A stretch of 64,000 nt of DNA from assembly GCF_009914755.1 (NCBI RefSeq), contig NC_060942.1, one strand, 5' to 3'. Numbering within the stretch: position 1 is the stretch's first letter; the number at the start of each line of letters is the position of its first letter. Below, piece by piece: positions 26,101-38,746 of the stretch. The DNA is from the human T2T-CHM13v2.0 reference genome, Homo sapiens. Made by a program: the position numbers and the translations under genes. Below the pieces are notes generated by a model. It searched no databases and was not told where the DNA came from. It saw only the letters and a list, made by a program, of their open reading frames with translations.

Positions 26101-29100
26101 TCACTCCTTTTGTAGTATCTGGAAGTGGACATTTGGAGCGCTTTCAGGCCTATTTTGGAAAGGGAAATATCTTCCCGTAACAACTATGCAGAAGCATTCT
26201 CAGAAACTTGTTTGTGATGTGTGCCCTCTACTGACAGAGTTGAACCTTTCTTTTCATAGAGCAGTTTTGAAACACTCTTTTTGTAGAATCTGCAAGAGGA
26301 TATTTGCATAGCTTTGAGGATTTCGTGGGAAACGGGATTGTCTTCAGGTAAAATCTAGACAGAAGCATTCTCAGAAACTTCTTTGGGATGTTTGCATTCA
26401 AGTCACAGAGTAGAACATTCCCTTTGGTAGAGCAGGTTTGAAACACTCTTTTTGTAGTATCTGGAAGTGGACATTTGGAGCGCTTTCAGGCCCATGTTGG
26501 AAAGGGAAATATCTTCCCGTAACAACTAGGCAGAAGCATTCTCAGAAACTTATTTGAGATGTGTGTACTCAACTAAGAGAATTGAACCACCGTTTTGAAG
26601 GAGCAGTTTTGAAACACTCTTTTTCTGGAATCTGCAAGAGTATATTTGCCTAGCCTTGAGGATTTCGTTGGAAACGGGATTGTCTTCAGAGAAAATCTAG
26701 ACAGAAGCATTCTCAGAAACTTCTTTGGGATGTTTGCATTCAAGTCACAGAGTAGAACATTCCCTTTGGTAGAGCAGGTTTGAAACACTCTTTTTTTAGT
26801 ATATGGAAGTGGACATTTGGATCGCTTTCAGGCCTACGTTGGAAAAGGAAATATCTTCCCATAACAACTAGACAGAAGCATTCTCAGAAACTAGTTTCTG
26901 ATGTGTGTCCTCAACTAACACAGTTGAACATTTCTTTAGACAGAACAGTTTTGAAACACTCTTTTTGTGGAATCTGCAAGTGGCTATTTGGCTAGATTTG
27001 AGGATTTCGTTGGAAACGGGATTACATATAAAAAGCAGTCAGCAGCATTCTCAGAAAGTTCTTTGTGATGATTGCATTCAAGTCACAGAATTGAACATTC
27101 CCTTTCACAGAGCAGGTTTGAAACACTCTTTTTGTAGTGTGTGTAAGTGGACATTTGGAGCACTTACCGGCCTAAGGTGAAAAAGGAAATATCTTCCCAT
27201 AAAAACTAGACAGAAGCATTCTCAGAAACTTACTCGTGATGTGTGTCCTCAACTAAAGGAGTAGAACCTTTCTTTTCATAGAGAAGTTTTGAAACGCTCT
27301 TTTTGTGGAATCTGCAAGTGGATATTTGGCTAGTTTTGAGGATTTCGTTGGAAGCGGGAATTCATACAAATTGCAGACTGCAGCGTTCTGAGAAACATCT
27401 TTGTGATGTTTGTATTCAGGACACAGAGTTGAACATTCCCTATCATAGAGCAGGTTTGAATCACTCCTTTTGTAGTATCTGGAAGTGGACATTTGGAGCG
27501 CTTTCAGGCCTATGTTGGAAAAGGAAATATCTTCCCATAACAACTAGACAGAAGCATTCTCAGAAACTTATTTGAGATGTGTGTACTCAACTAAGAGAAT
27601 TGAACCACCGTTTTGAAGGAGCAGTTTTGAAACTCTCTTTTTCTGGAATCTGCAAGTGGATATTTGGCTAGCTTTGGGGATTTCGCTGGAAGCGGGAATA
27701 CATATAAAAAGCACACAGCAGCGTTCTGAGAAACTGCTTTCTGATGTTTGCATTCAAGTCAAAAGTTGAACACTCCCTTTCATAGAGCAGTCTTGAAACA
27801 CCCCTTTTGTAGTATCTGGAACTGGACTTTTGGAGCGATTTCAGGGCTAAGGTGAAAAAGGAAATATCTTACCATAAAAACTGGACAGAAGCATTCTCAG
27901 AAACTTGGTTATGCTGTATCTACTCAACTAACAAAGTTGAACCTTTCTTTTGATAGAGCAGTTTTGAAATGGTCTTTTTGTGGAATCTGCAAGTGGATAT
28001 TTGGCTAGTTTTGAGGATTTCGTTGGAAGCGGGAATTCATACAAATTGCAGACTGCAGCGTTCTGAGAAACATCTTTGTGATGTTTGTATTCAGGACACA
28101 GAGTTGAACATTCCCTATCATAGAGCAGGTTGGAATCACTCCTTTTGTAGTATCTGGAAGTGGACATTTGGAGCGCTTTCAGGCCTATTTTGGAAAGGGA
28201 AATATCTTCCCGTAACAACTATGCAGAAGCATTCTCAGAAACTTGTTTGTGATGTGTGCCCTCTACTGACAGAGTTGAACCTTTCTTTTCATAGAGCAGT
28301 TTTGAAACACTCTTTTTGTAGAATCTGCAAGAGGATATTTGCATAGCTTTGAGGATTTCGTGGGAAACGGGATTGTCTTCAGGTAAAATCTAGACAGAAG
28401 CATTCTCAGAAACTTCTTTGGGATGTTTGCATTCAAGTCACAGAGTAGAACATTCCCTTTGGTAGAGCAGGTTTGAAACACTCTTTTTGTAGTATCTGGA
28501 AGTGGACATTTGGAGCGCTTTCAGGCCCATGTTGGAAAGGGAAATATCTTCCCGTAACAACTAGGCAGAAGCATTCTCAGAAACTTATTTGAGATGTGTG
28601 TACTCAACTAAGAGAATTGAACCACCGTTTTGAAGGAGCAGTTTTGAAACACTCTTTTTCTGGAATCTGCAAGAGTATATTTGCCTAGCCTTGAGGATTT
28701 CGTTGGAAACGGGATTGTCTTCAGAGAAAATCTAGACAGAAGCATTCTCAGAAACTTCTTTGGGATGTTTGCATTCAAGTCACAGAGTAGAACATTCCCT
28801 TTGGTAGAGCAGGTTTGAAACACTCTTTTTTTAGTATATGGAAGTGGACATTTGGATCGCTTTCAGGCCTACGTTGGAAAAGGAAATATCTTCCCATAAC
28901 AACTAGACAGAAGCATTCTCAGAAACTAGTTTCTGATGTGTGTCCTCAACTAACACAGTTGAACATTTCTTTAGACAGAACAGTTTTGAAACACTCTTTT
29001 TGTGGAATCTGCAAGTGGCTATTTGGCTAGATTTGAGGATTTCGTTGGAAACGGGATTACATATAAAAAGCAGTCAGCAGCATTCTCAGAAAGTTCTTTG

Positions 29101-32100
29101 TGATGATTGCATTCAAGTCACAGAATTGAACATTCCCTTTCACAGAGCAGGTTTGAAACACTCTTTTTGTAGTGTGTGTAAGTGGACATTTGGAGCACTT
29201 ACCGGCCTAAGGTGAAAAAGGAAATATCTTCCCATAAAAACTAGACAGAAGCATTCTCAGAAACTTACTCGTGATGTGTGTCCTCAACTAAAGGAGTAGA
29301 ACCTTTCTTTTCATAGAGAAGTTTTGAAACGCTCTTTTTGTGGAATCTGCAAGTGGATATTTGGCTAGTTTTGAGGATTTCGTTGGAAGCGGGAATTCAT
29401 ACAAATTGCAGACTGCAGCGTTCTGAGAAACATCTTTGTGATGTTTGTATTCAGGACACAGAGTTGAACATTCCCTATCATAGAGCAGGTTTGAATCACT
29501 CCTTTTGTAGTATCTGGAAGTGGACATTTGGAGCGCTTTCAGGCCTATGTTGGAAAAGGAAATATCTTCCCATAACAACTAGACAGAAGCATTCTCAGAA
29601 ACTTATTTGAGATGTGTGTACTCAACTAAGAGAATTGAACCACCGTTTTGAAGGAGCAGTTTTGAAACTCTCTTTTTCTGGAATCTGCAAGTGGATATTT
29701 GGCTAGCTTTGGGGATTTCGCTGGAAGCGGGAATACATATAAAAAGCACACAGCAGCGTTCTGAGAAACTGCTTTCTGATGTTTGCATTCAAGTCAAAAG
29801 TTGAACACTCCCTTTCATAGAGCAGTCTTGAAACACCCCTTTTGTAGTATCTGGAACTGGACTTTTGGAGCGATTTCAGGGCTAAGGTGAAAAAGGAAAT
29901 ATCTTCCCATAAAAACTGGACAGAAGCATTCTCAGAAACTTGGTTATGCTGTATCTACTCAACTAACAAAGTTGAACCTTTCTTTTGATAGAGCAGTTTT
30001 GAAATGGTCTTTTTGTGGAATCTGCAAGTGGATATTTGGCTAGTTTTGAGGATTTCGTTGGAAGCGGGAATTCATACAAATTGCAGACTGCAGCGTTCTG
30101 AGAAACATCTTTGTGATGTTTGTATTCAGGACACAGAGTTGAACATTCCCTATCATAGAGCAGGTTGGAATCACTCCTTTTGTAGTATCTGGAAGTGGAC
30201 ATTTGGAGCGCTTTCAGGCCTATTTTGGAAAGGGAAATATCTTCCCGTAACAACTATGCAGAAGCATTCTCAGAAACTTGTTTGTGATGTGTGCCCTCTA
30301 CTGACAGAGTTGAACCTTTCTTTTCATAGAGCAGTTTTGAAACACTCTTTTTGTAGAATCTGCAAGAGGATATTTGCATAGCTTTGAGGATTTCGTGGGA
30401 AACGGGATTGTCTTCAGGTAAAATCTAGACAGAAGCATTCTCAGAAACTTCTTTGGGATGTTTGCATTCAAGTCACAGAGTAGAACATTCCCTTTGGTAG
30501 AGCAGGTTTGAAACACTCTTTTTGTAGTATCTGGAAGTGGACATTTGGAGCGCTTTCAGGCCCATGTTGGAAAGGGAAATATCTTCCCGTAACAACTAGG
30601 CAGAAGCATTCTCAGAAACTTATTTGAGATGTGTGTACTCAACTAAGAGAATTGAACCACCGTTTTGAAGGAGCAGTTTTGAAACACTCTTTTTCTGGAA
30701 TCTGCAAGAGTATATTTGCCTAGCCTTGAGGATTTCGTTGGAAACGGGATTGTCTTCAGAGAAAATCTAGACAGAAGCATTCTCAGAAACTTCTTTGGGA
30801 TGTTTGCATTCAAGTCACAGAGTAGAACATTCCCTTTGGTAGAGCAGGTTTGAAACACTCTTTTTTTAGTATATGGAAGTGGACATTTGGATCGCTTTCA
30901 GGCCTACGTTGGAAAAGGAAATATCTTCCCATAACAACTAGACAGAAGCATTCTCAGAAACTAGTTTCTGATGTGTGTCCTCAACTAACACAGTTGAACA
31001 TTTCTTTAGACAGAACAGTTTTGAAACACTCTTTTTGTGGAATCTGCAAGTGGCTATTTGGCTAGATTTGAGGATTTCGTTGGAAACGGGATTACATATA
31101 AAAAGCAGTCAGCAGCATTCTCAGAAAGTTCTTTGTGATGATTGCATTCAAGTCACAGAATTGAACATTCCCTTTCACAGAGCAGGTTTGAAACACTCTT
31201 TTTGTAGTGTGTGTAAGTGGACATTTGGAGCACTTACCGGCCTAAGGTGAAAAAGGAAATATCTTCCCATAAAAACTAGACAGAAGCATTCTCAGAAACT
31301 TACTCGTGATGTGTGTCCTCAACTAAAGGAGTAGAACCTTTCTTTTCATAGAGAAGTTTTGAAACGCTCTTTTTGTGGAATCTGCAAGTGGATATTTGGC
31401 TAGTTTTGAGGATTTCGTTGGAAGCGGGAATTCATACAAATTGCAGACTGCAGCGTTCTGAGAAACATCTTTGTGATGTTTGTATTCAGGACACAGAGTT
31501 GAACATTCCCTATCATAGAGCAGGTTTGAATCACTCCTTTTGTAGTATCTGGAAGTGGACATTTGGAGTGCTTTCAGGCCTATGTTGGAAAAGGAAATAT
31601 CTTCCCATAACAACTAGACAGAAGCATTCTCAGAAACTTATTTGAGATGTGTGTACTCAACTAAGAGAATTGAACCACCGTTTTGAAGGAGCAGTTTTGA
31701 AACACTCTTTTTCTGGAATCTGCAAGTGGATATTTGGCTAGCTTTGGGGATTTCGCTGGAAGCGGGAATACATATAAAAAGCACACAGCAGCGTTCTGAG
31801 AAACTGCTTTCTGATGTTTGCATTCAAGTCAAAAGTTGAACACTCCCTTTCATAGAGCAGTCTTGAAACACCCCTTTTGTAGTATCTGGAACTGGACTTT
31901 TGGAGCGATTTCAGGGCTAAGGTGAAAAAGGAAATATCTTCCCATAAAAACTGGACAGAAGCATTCTCAGAAACTTGTTTATGCTGTATCTACTCAACTA
32001 ACAAAGTTGAACCTTTCTTTTGATAGAGCAGTTTTGAAATGGTCTTTTTGTGGAATCTGCAAGTGGATATTTGGCTAGTTTTGAGGATTTCGTTGGAAGC

Positions 32101-35100
32101 GGGAATTCATACAAATTGCAGACTGCAGCGTTCTGAGAAACATCTTTGTGATGTTTGTATTCAGGACAGAGAGTTGAACATTCCCTATCATAGAGCAGGT
32201 TGGAATCACTCCTTTTGTAGTATCTGGAAGTGGACATTTGGAGCGCTTTCAGGCCTATTTTGGAAAGGGAAATATCTTCCCGTAACAACTATGCAGAAGC
32301 ATTCTCAGAAACTTGTTTGTGATGTGTGCCCTCTACTGACAGAGTTGAACCTTTCTTTTCATAGAGCAGTTTTGAAACACTCTTTTTGTAGAATCTGCAA
32401 GAGGATATTTGCATAGCTTTGAGGATTTCGTGGGAAACGGGATTGTCTTCAGGTAAAATCTAGACAGAAGCATTCTCAGAAACTTCTTTGGGATGTTTGC
32501 ATTCAAGTCACAGAGTAGAACATTCCCTTTGGTAGAGCAGGTTTGAAACACTCTTTTTGTAGTATCTGGAAGTGGACATTTGGAGCGCTTTCAGGCCCAT
32601 GTTGGAAAGGGAAATATCTTCCCGTAACAACTAGGCAGAAGCATTCTCAGAAACTTATTTGAGATGTGTGTACTCAACTAAGAGAATTGAACCACCGTTT
32701 TGAAGGAGCAGTTTTGAAACACTCTTTTTCTGGAATCTGCAAGAGTATATTTGCCTAGCCTTGAGGATTTCGTTGGAAACGGGATTGTCTTCAGAGAAAA
32801 TCTAGACAGAAGCATTCTCAGAAACTTCTTTGGGATGTTTGCATTCAAGTCACAGAGTAGAACATTCCCTTTGGTAGAGCAGGTTTGAAACACTCTTTTT
32901 TTAGTATATGGAAGTGGACATTTGGATCGCTTTCAGGCCTACGTTGGAAAAGGAAATATCTTCCCATAACAACTAGACAGAAGCATTCTCAGAAACTAGT
33001 TTCTGATGTGTGTCCTCAACTAACACAGTTGAACATTTCTTTAGACAGAACAGTTTTGAAACACTCTTTTTGTGGAATCTGCAAGTGGCTATTTGGCTAG
33101 ATTTGAGGATTTCGTTGGAAACGGGATTACATATAAAAAGCAGTCAGCAGCATTCTCAGAAAGTTCTTTGTGATGATTGCATTCAAGTCACAGAATTGAA
33201 CATTCCCTTTCACAGAGCAGGTTTGAAACACTCTTTTTGTAGTGTGTGTAAGTGGACATTTGGAGCACTTACCGGCCTAAGGTGAAAAAGGAAATATCTT
33301 CCCATAAAAACTAGACAGAAGCATTCTCAGAAACTTACTCGTGATGTGTGTCCTCAACTAAAGGAGTAGAACCTTTCTTTTCATAGAGAAGTTTTGAAAC
33401 GCTCTTTTTGTGGAATCTGCAAGTGGATATTTGGCTAGTTTTGAGGATTTCGTTGGAAGCGGGAATTCATACAAATTGCAGACTGCAGCGTTCTGAGAAA
33501 CATCTTTGTGATGTTTGTATTCAGGACACAGAGTTGAACATTCCCTATCATAGAGCAGGTTTGAATCACTCCTTTTGTAGTATCTGGAAGTGGACATTTG
33601 GAGCGCTTTCAGGCCTATGTTGGAAAAGGAAATATCTTCCCATAACAACTAGACAGAAGCATTCTCAGAAACTTATTTGAGATGTGTGTACTCAACTAAG
33701 AGAATTGAACCACCGTTTTGAAGGAGCAGTTTTGAAACTCTCTTTTTCTGGAATCTGCAAGTGGATATTTGGCTAGCTTTGGGGATTTCGCTGGAAGCGG
33801 GAATACATATAAAAAGCACACAGCAGCGTTCTGAGAAACTGCTTTCTGATGTTTGCATTCAAGTCAAAAGTTGAACACTCCCTTTCATAGAGCAGTCTTG
33901 AAACACCCCTTTTGTAGTATCTGGAACTGGACTTTTGGAGCGATTTCAGGGCTAAGGTGAAAAAGGAAATATCTTACCATAAAAACTGGACAGAAGCATT
34001 CTCAGAAACTTGGTTATGCTGTATCTACTCAACTAACAAAGTTGAACCTTTCTTTTGATAGAGCAGTTTTGAAATGGTCTTTTTGTGGAATCTGCAAGTG
34101 GATATTTGGCTAGTTTTGAGGATTTCGTTGGAAGCGGGAATTCATACAAATTGCAGACTGCAGCGTTCTGAGAAACATCTTTGTGATGTTTGTATTCAGG
34201 ACACAGAGTTGAACATTCCCTATCATAGAGCAGGTTGGAATCACTCCTTTTGTAGTATCTGGAAGTGGACATTTGGAGCGCTTTCAGGCCTATTTTGGAA
34301 AGGGAAATATCTTCCCGTAACAACTATGCAGAAGCATTCTCAGAAACTTGTTTGTGATGTGTGCCCTCTACTGACAGAGTTGAACCTTTCTTTTCATAGA
34401 GCAGTTTTGAAACACTCTTTTTGTAGAATCTGCAAGAGGATATTTGCATAGCTTTGAGGATTTCGTGGGAAACGGGATTGTCTTCAGGTAAAATCTAGAC
34501 AGAAGCATTCTCAGAAACTTCTTTGGGATGTTTGCATTCAAGTCACAGAGTAGAACATTCCCTTTGGTAGAGCAGGTTTGAAACACTCTTTTTGTAGTAT
34601 CTGGAAGTGGACATTTGGAGCGCTTTCAGGCCCATGTTGGAAAGGGAAATATCTTCCCGTAACAACTAGGCAGAAGCATTCTCAGAAACTTATTTGAGAT
34701 GTGTGTACTCAACTAAGAGAATTGAACCACCGTTTTGAAGGAGCAGTTTTGAAACACTCTTTTTCTGGAATCTGCAAGAGTATATTTGCCTAGCCTTGAG
34801 GATTTCGTTGGAAACGGGATTGTCTTCAGAGAAAATCTAGACAGAAGCATTCTCAGAAACTTCTTTGGGATGTTTGCATTCAAGTCACAGAGTAGAACAT
34901 TCCCTTTGGTAGAGCAGGTTTGAAACACTCTTTTTTTAGTATATGGAAGTGGACATTTGGATCGCTTTCAGGCCTACGTTGGAAAAGGAAATATCTTCCC
35001 ATAACAACTAGACAGAAGCATTCTCAGAAACTAGTTTCTGATGTGTGTCCTCAACTAACACAGTTGAACATTTCTTTAGACAGAACAGTTTTGAAACACT

Positions 35101-38100
35101 CTTTTTGTGGAATCTGCAAGTGGCTATTTGGCTAGATTTGAGGATTTCGTTGGAAACGGGATTACATATAAAAAGCAGTCAGCAGCATTCTCAGAAAGTT
35201 CTTTGTGATGATTGCATTCAAGTCACAGAATTGAACATTCCCTTTCACAGAGCAGGTTTGAAACACTCTTTTTGTAGTGTGTGTAAGTGGACATTTGGAG
35301 CACTTACCGGCCTAAGGTGAAAAAGGAAATATCTTCCCATAAAAACTAGACAGAAGCATTCTCAGAAACTTACTCGTGATGTGTGTCCTCAACTAAAGGA
35401 GTAGAACCTTTCTTTTCATAGAGAAGTTTTGAAACGCTCTTTTTGTGGAATCTGCAAGTGGATATTTGGCTAGTTTTGAGGATTTCGTTGGAAGCGGGAA
35501 TTCATACAAATTGCAGACTGCAGCGTTCTGAGAAACATCTTTGTGATGTTTGTATTCAGGACACAGAGTTGAACATTCCCTATCATAGAGCAGGTTTGAA
35601 TCACTCCTTTTGTAGTATCTGGAAGTGGACATTTGGAGTGCTTTCAGGCCTATGTTGGAAAAGGAAATATCTTCCCATAACAACTAGACAGAAGCATTCT
35701 CAGAAACTTATTTGAGATGTGTGTACTCAACTAAGAGAATTGAACCACCGTTTTGAAGGAGCAGTTTTGAAACACTCTTTTTCTGGAATCTGCAAGTGGA
35801 TATTTGGCTAGCTTTGGGGATTTCGCTGGAAGCGGGAATACATATAAAAAGCACACAGCAGCGTTCTGAGAAACTGCTTTCTGATGTTTGCATTCAAGTC
35901 AAAAGTTGAACACTCCCTTTCATAGAGCAGTCTTGAAACACCCCTTTTGTAGTATCTGGAACTGGACTTTTGGAGCGATTTCAGGGCTAAGGTGAAAAAG
36001 GAAATATCTTCCCATAAAAACTGGACAGAAGCATTCTCAGAAACTTGTTTATGCTGTATCTACTCAACTAACAAAGTTGAACCTTTCTTTTGATAGAGCA
36101 GTTTTGAAATGGTCTTTTTGTGGAATCTGCAAGTGGATATTTGGCTAGTTTTGAGGATTTCGTTGGAAGCGGGAATTCATACAAATTGCAGACTGCAGCG
36201 TTCTGAGAAACATCTTTGTGATGTTTGTATTCAGGACACAGAGTTGAACATTCCCTATCATAGAGCAGGTTGGAATCACTCCTTTTGTAGTATCTGGAAG
36301 TGGACATTTGGAGCGCTTTCAGGCCTATTTTGGAAAGGGAAATATCTTCCCGTAACAACTATGCAGAAGCATTCTCAGAAACTTGTTTGTGATGTGTGCC
36401 CTCTACTGACAGAGTTGAACCTTTCTTTTCATAGAGCAGTTTTGAAACACTCTTTTTGTAGAATCTGCAAGAGGATATTTGCATAGCTTTGAGGATTTCG
36501 TGGGAAACGGGATTGTCTTCAGGTAAAATCTAGACAGAAGCATTCTCAGAAACTTCTTTGGGATGTTTGCATTCAAGTCACAGAGTAGAACATTCCCTTT
36601 GGTAGAGCAGGTTTGAAACACTCTTTTTGTAGTATCTGGAAGTGGACATTTGGAGCGCTTTCAGGCCCATGTTGGAAAGGGAAATATCTTCCCGTAACAA
36701 CTAGGCAGAAGCATTCTCAGAAACTTATTTGAGATGTGTGTACTCAACTAAGAGAATTGAACCACCGTTTTGAAGGAGCAGTTTTGAAACACTCTTTTTC
36801 TGGAATCTGCAAGAGTATATTTGCCTAGCCTTGAGGATTTCGTTGGAAACGGGATTGTCTTCAGAGAAAATCTAGACAGAAGCATTCTCAGAAACTTCTT
36901 TGGGATGTTTGCATTCAAGTCACAGAGTAGAACATTCCCTTTGGTAGAGCAGGTTTGAAACACTCTTTTTTTAGTATATGGAAGTGGACATTTGGATCGC
37001 TTTCAGGCCTACGTTGGAAAAGGAAATATCTTCCCATAACAACTAGACAGAAGCATTCTCAGAAACTAGTTTCTGATGTGTGTCCTCAACTAACACAGTT
37101 GAACATTTCTTTAGACAGAACAGTTTTGAAACACTCTTTTTGTGGAATCTGCAAGTGGCTATTTGGCTAGATTTGAGGATTTCGTTGGAAACGGGATTAC
37201 ATATAAAAAGCAGTCAGCAGCATTCTCAGAAAGTTCTTTGTGATGATTGCATTCAAGTCACAGAATTGAACATTCCCTTTCACAGAGCAGGTTTGAAACA
37301 CTCTTTTTGTAGTGTGTGTAAGTGGACATTTGGAGCACTTACCGGCCTAAGGTGAAAAAGGAAATATCTTCCCATAAAAACTAGACAGAAGCATTCTCAG
37401 AAACTTACTCGTGATGTGTGTCCTCAACTAAAGGAGTAGAACCTTTCTTTTCATAGAGAAGTTTTGAAACGCTCTTTTTGTGGAATCTGCAAGTGGATAT
37501 TTGGCTAGTTTTGAGGATTTCGTTGGAAGCGGGAATTCATACAAATTGCAGACTGCAGCGTTCTGAGAAACATCTTTGTGATGTTTGTATTCAGGACACA
37601 GAGTTGAACATTCCCTATCATAGAGCAGGTTTGAATCACTCCTTTTGTAGTATCTGGAAGTGGACATTTGGAGTGCTTTCAGGCCTATGTTGGAAAAGGA
37701 AATATCTTCCCATAACAACTAGACAGAAGCATTCTCAGAAACTTATTTGAGATGTGTGTACTCAACTAAGAGAATTGAACCACCGTTTTGAAGGAGCAGT
37801 TTTGAAACACTCTTTTTCTGGAATCTGCAAGTGGATATTTGGCTAGCTTTGGGGATTTCGCTGGAAGCGGGAATACATATAAAAAGCACACAGCAGCGTT
37901 CTGAGAAACTGCTTTCTGATGTTTGCATTCAAGTCAAAAGTTGAACACTCCCTTTCATAGAGCAGTCTTGAAACACCCCTTTTGTAGTATCTGGAACTGG
38001 ACTTTTGGAGCGATTTCAGGGCTAAGGTGAAAAAGGAAATATCTTCCCATAAAAACTAGACAGAAGCATTCTCAGAAACTTGGTTATGCTGTATCTACTC

Positions 38101-38746
38101 AACTAACAAAGTTGAACCTTTCTTTTGATAGAGCAGTTTTGAAATGGTCTTTTTGTGGAATCTGCAAGTGGATATTTGGCTAGTTTTGAGGATTTCGTTG
38201 GAAGCGGGAATTCATACAAATTGCAGACTGCAGCGTTCTGAGAAACATCTTTGTGATGTTTGTATTCAGGACACAGAGTTGAACATTCCCTATCATAGAG
38301 CAGGTTGGAATCACTCCTTTTGTAGTATCTGGAAGTGGACATTTGGAGCGCTTTCAGGCCTATTTTGGAAAGGGAAATATCTTCCCGTAACAACTATGCA
38401 GAAGCATTCTCAGAAACTTGTTTGTGATGTGTGCCCTCTACTGACAGAGTTGAACCTTTCTTTTCATAGAGCAGTTTTGAAACACTCTTTTTGTAGAATC
38501 TGCAAGAGGATATTTGCATAGCTTTGAGGATTTCGTGGGAAACGGGATTGTCTTCAGGTAAAATCTAGACAGAAGCATTCTCAGAAACTTCTTTGGGATG
38601 TTTGCATTCAAGTCACAGAGTAGAACATTCCCTTTGGTAGAGCAGGTTTGAAACACTCTTTTTGTAGTATCTGGAAGTGGACATTTGGAGCGCTTTCAGG
38701 CCCATGTTGGAAAAGGAAATATCTTCCCGTAACAACTAGGCAGAAG
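2117..38746 (+). repeat. 18 consecutive canonical 12-mer HORs (units 2-19), 2035 bp each
   Basis: Unit starts are 2117, 4152, 6187 ... 36712, and 18 x 2035 = 36630. Monomer lengths 171,171,167,171,167,171,167,170,167,171,171,171 sum to 2035. Units differ by only a few SNVs. Confidence 0.96.
16830..16846 (+). promoter_or_regulatory. Mutated (likely non-binding) CENP-B box in m3 of unit 9
   Basis: TTTCATTGGAAACGGGA: G>A at 16834 destroys the core TTCG. Confidence 0.88.
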
